A stretch of 63,793 nt of DNA, filler included, from Sphacelaria rigidula (Eukaryota): NCBI GenBank assembly GCA_964200075.2. It is 7 parts of 7 records of this genome, joined end to end, with 100 filler letters (N's around TTAATTAATTAA, not from the genome) between each part and the next. Parts side by side here need not be neighbours in the genome. Positions count along the whole stretch, not along the records: positions 54,768 to 63,793 come from CAXNAA020009478.1; 6 more parts are not named here. One strand, 5' to 3'. Below, piece by piece: positions 61,001-63,793 of the stretch. The position numbers and the translations under genes were made by a program. Below the pieces are notes generated by a model that saw nothing but the letters and a program-made list of their open reading frames with translations, had not been told where the DNA came from and ran no database searches. Every line of letters begins with the position of its first letter. Position 1 is the stretch's first letter.

Positions 61001-62880
61001 CGTTTTGTTGTTTCGTCGTTTATCGGAGCACCCACTTTTTCTTTCGTGAAATATTTGCACGTGGCGAATAAACACGCGTGAATCTCCAATCTTTCCTTCA
61101 CGAGATTTGAGCGGGCAGGTTCTAAGTGAAGAGCAGTACGTACACAAGTGTAGGCGGTTTTGAGTGACGACACTTCGTGCAACATCAACATTGTTTTTGG
61201 CTGGAATATTCCTGGCTAATCACCACGGAAAATAATCAGAGAAGCGAAGACTACTTGTGTTTCGTTTTTCGTTTTTCCTATCCACCCACTACGCAATCAC
61301 CCCTTCACCCCACCCGATCAGCGTGGTGTACAGGCGTGCGTCAGATTTTTTTCAGCTGGAGAAACGTGATGATTTGTTTTCGGGGAAAATTGCATCATCA
61401 TTCATTTGCGTGTTGTAATGGTCCATCTGAAAACAAGTGAGTGTTGATGGAAATGTAGCGCAAAAAAACATAAGGGAGATCAAAAGCTGTTTTCGGACTA
61501 GGTCATGCGTGTGCGCGTTATCAGTGACGTTCCTTGCGTTTCTCTCCTCTGTGTTTTCTTCCCCCCCCTCCTTCTTCCCTAGGTGTAATTCCCGCTGGCA
61601 TTGGAGTGCTCTCAGGTCTTCGAATCCTGCACCTCAATAACAACAATCTGTCGGGTAAGCTCGATCGGTTATTGATCCCAGCGCTGAAGGCTGCGACTAG
61701 CTGTAAGGGGAAAAAGCATGTTAGCCCCATGGTTTTATACGGAATGAAGTGACGTGTAGGCGCCGGAAGAACAAATACACGCACTCAAGCAGCATCTCAT
61801 TGGTCATCGAAATAAGGACGGAGTGCAGCCAAACCCTTCAGAGCGCACGTTAATGGCTGTTTGTGAATATGTCGACATGCGATGGAAGTTTCGAACATGC
61901 GCTGGAGGGAGAATTACGAGTGTGCCGCTACCTGCACGTGAAGAAGCGTGGGAAAGGTTGATATAGTATCATGTCGATTTCTCAAAGATCAGCATCGGTA
62001 AGCGCCGAATTGTAACAAGTGTTGAATGTTTTGCCTGAGGCGATGAATGGTTCTAACGACTATCCTCCAGCGTGTCCGATATTCCCCCCCCCTCCCTCCC
62101 TACTGGTGACTAATTGATCTTATGGCATGCATGATCATGAGTACACCCATCCCTACTGGCATGGTCCGGCGAGAACCCGGCGTGCTCTGTCCCGGTTTTG
62201 TAGGGGCGGACCCCCGATGGGGTTGGCGTCGGTTGGCGATGACGCTGTAAAACACGCCACTCACTGCGTAAGCTAGGCAACCAGGTTACCGGGGTTTTTT
62301 TTCGCGCGCTTGCGTTTTTGGTTTTCGGTAATCATGACGGTAGTCGCTAGATCATGTGTGGCATGGAAGAACCTCAACCCCACACAAAAGGGATAATTGT
62401 ACTACGTAGTGTCGAAATGGTGAGGCACCCATGAGGCAGTGTATGAGCCGTGGGGTCTCTGCAAGTGGCGGTACCAGAAAATGAAGCAAGTCATTGTAGG
62501 CTGCCATCCAAATGCAAGATAATCAGTAGGCTTCGGGCCGAATAATGTTAGCAGGGTGCAGCTCACCCTTCATGCGACTCGCCGAACACACCACGGCGCT
62601 TCGCGCTTGGTGATTGAGTGGGAGTCTGGTCCGGCGAAAAACCGTCGTACTCCATCCCGGCTTTGTAGGGATGCGAGTTCAATGGTGGTCTCATGACCAT
62701 GGCATGCATAATCATGAGTACCCCCATCCCCTTCCCCGCCCCTTCCCCGAACGTCAAAGCTCAGCCCCCCTCCCCTTGCCGCCGCCGCTGCTGACACTGC
62801 TGGGACAGGCGAGATCCCCAGCTCGCTGTGCGAGCTTTCATCGCTGGAGGAGCTGCACCTACACAACAACAAGCTGACGG
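55046..62880 (+). CDS. LRR protein, 5' part: N-cap plus one 24-aa LRR per 72-nt exon (continues off the contig)
   Basis: Exons 55046-55284 and 56427-56557 give the cap DRPELMIFYDRCGGGFW...W...WFGIGC..NGRVSRLSLPWNKLAG. Four exact 72-nt phase-1 exons follow at 57970-58041, 58203-58274, 61583-61654 and 62809-62880, each GxIPxx...LxxLxLxxNxLxG with AG/GT sites. Confidence 0.9.
60395..60723. mobile_element. MITE (48338 family) with a nested family A insertion
   Basis: Collinear with the reverse complement of 48338-48595, except for an insert at 60429-60496. Confidence 0.75.
62395..62725 (+). mobile_element. Family B repeat, long copy in an LRR intron
   Basis: Ends ...GGCATGCATAATCATGAGTACCCCC, followed by a C-rich tract. 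Confidence 0.8.
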
Positions 62881-63424
62881 GTGAGTTTGGACGCGGGCGA
62901 GGTGGCCATACAACGCGGGTCTTCCCAAAGCACGCACACGACTAGTTGAGCGAAACTTCATTGCACGCACGGAAAAGTACGTCGTACGCACACCCCTGGC
63001 GAGTCCGTACTGCTCTGCGGCGTTTCTTTTGCCACGCGTCTGTTGGTGTGTTTTGAGCGATGCGCGCTGCTGGTGTCGTGCACTCCGATTTGTCCTTGTG
63101 GCTCCGCGGAAACTCAGTACCCGCAAGCTCCACCTCCACCTGAAGCCGAACCGAACCCCTCATACTACCAAAAGCCTTAGCGCCCATTGGGGCCTACCAT
63201 GCGTTGGTGAGGGATACACGTCGGCTCTGAACGTTGTGAGAGTGCATATATATGGTTGTGTGCATCGGTAGGTTGTACATGTGAGCTGTGTGCGTCGATA
63301 GGGTGCGCATTTGGGCTATGTGTGTTCTTGGGGTGTAAATCTGTACCATGTGCCAACATTATGATGACACTGTGGAGGTGGCTTGAGAACTCCATGAAAA
63401 TTCGACGGAACTATTATGCTATGA

Positions 63425-63692
63425 GGCCCATCACTATCGACACTGTTTTTCAAGACTCTCAGAAATTGCTCGGCTTTTCGGACTCTGTGTTTGGACTTCT
63501 CCGAGAGCGAAGCGGCTGGATCTTTGCTCCGAAGCTTCAGTTTTGGAGAAGTCAGAAAAAATCGGACTGCGACGCAGAGCTGACCTATGAAAATACCGTG
63601 GCGCTCGCAAGCATTCAAAAGTCATGACGTACCTTGCCAGTCCCGATATTTTTTCGATTTCTCCGAAAAAACAGTGTCGATAGTAATGGGCC
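63425..63692. mobile_element. PIF/Harbinger (Tourist)-like MITE
   Basis: TIRs GGCCCAT(C/T)ACTATCGACACTGTTTTT with flanks TGA/TTA. Confidence 0.7.
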
Positions 63693-63793
63693 TTATACGT
63701 TGAGGGCACTGCCATGACAGTGTGTTGTCGTCCCATTTATTCTAGGCACCAGTCTACACCTTTCGGTATATGTGGGCGCATCAGCCGGGGTCA

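Overview
Eukaryotic nuclear DNA, most likely from a brown alga (Phaeophyceae), inferred from an EsV-1-7 repeat gene, 72-nt LRR exons and long, MITE-rich introns. The window is not one locus. It holds seven contigs of 9029, 9028, 9028, 9028, 9028, 9026 and 9026 bp in descending size order, joined by artificial 100-nt N/TTAATTAATTAA/N linkers, so no adjacency across a linker can be trusted. Genes that can be built with consistent splice phases are: the 3' part of an EEF2KMT/FAM86-like methyltransferase, the 3' half of THOC5, the 5' part of a WD40-like gene, an intronless 19-repeat EsV-1-7 protein, a very acidic poly-E/(GE)n protein, and the 5' part of an LRR gene with one repeat per exon. The rest is mostly DNA-transposon MITEs (Mariner/Stowaway-, hAT-, PIF/Tourist- and piggyBac-like) and LINE debris. 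The most interesting signals are: (i) two abundant short repeat families that share a ~70-nt 3' module with a variable-loop hairpin, are variably 5'-truncated, end in and insert into poly(C) runs, and in one case show an 11-bp target-site duplication; (ii) the modular EsV-1-7 array, with position-specific variable residues, lying next to a decayed OTU-domain element.
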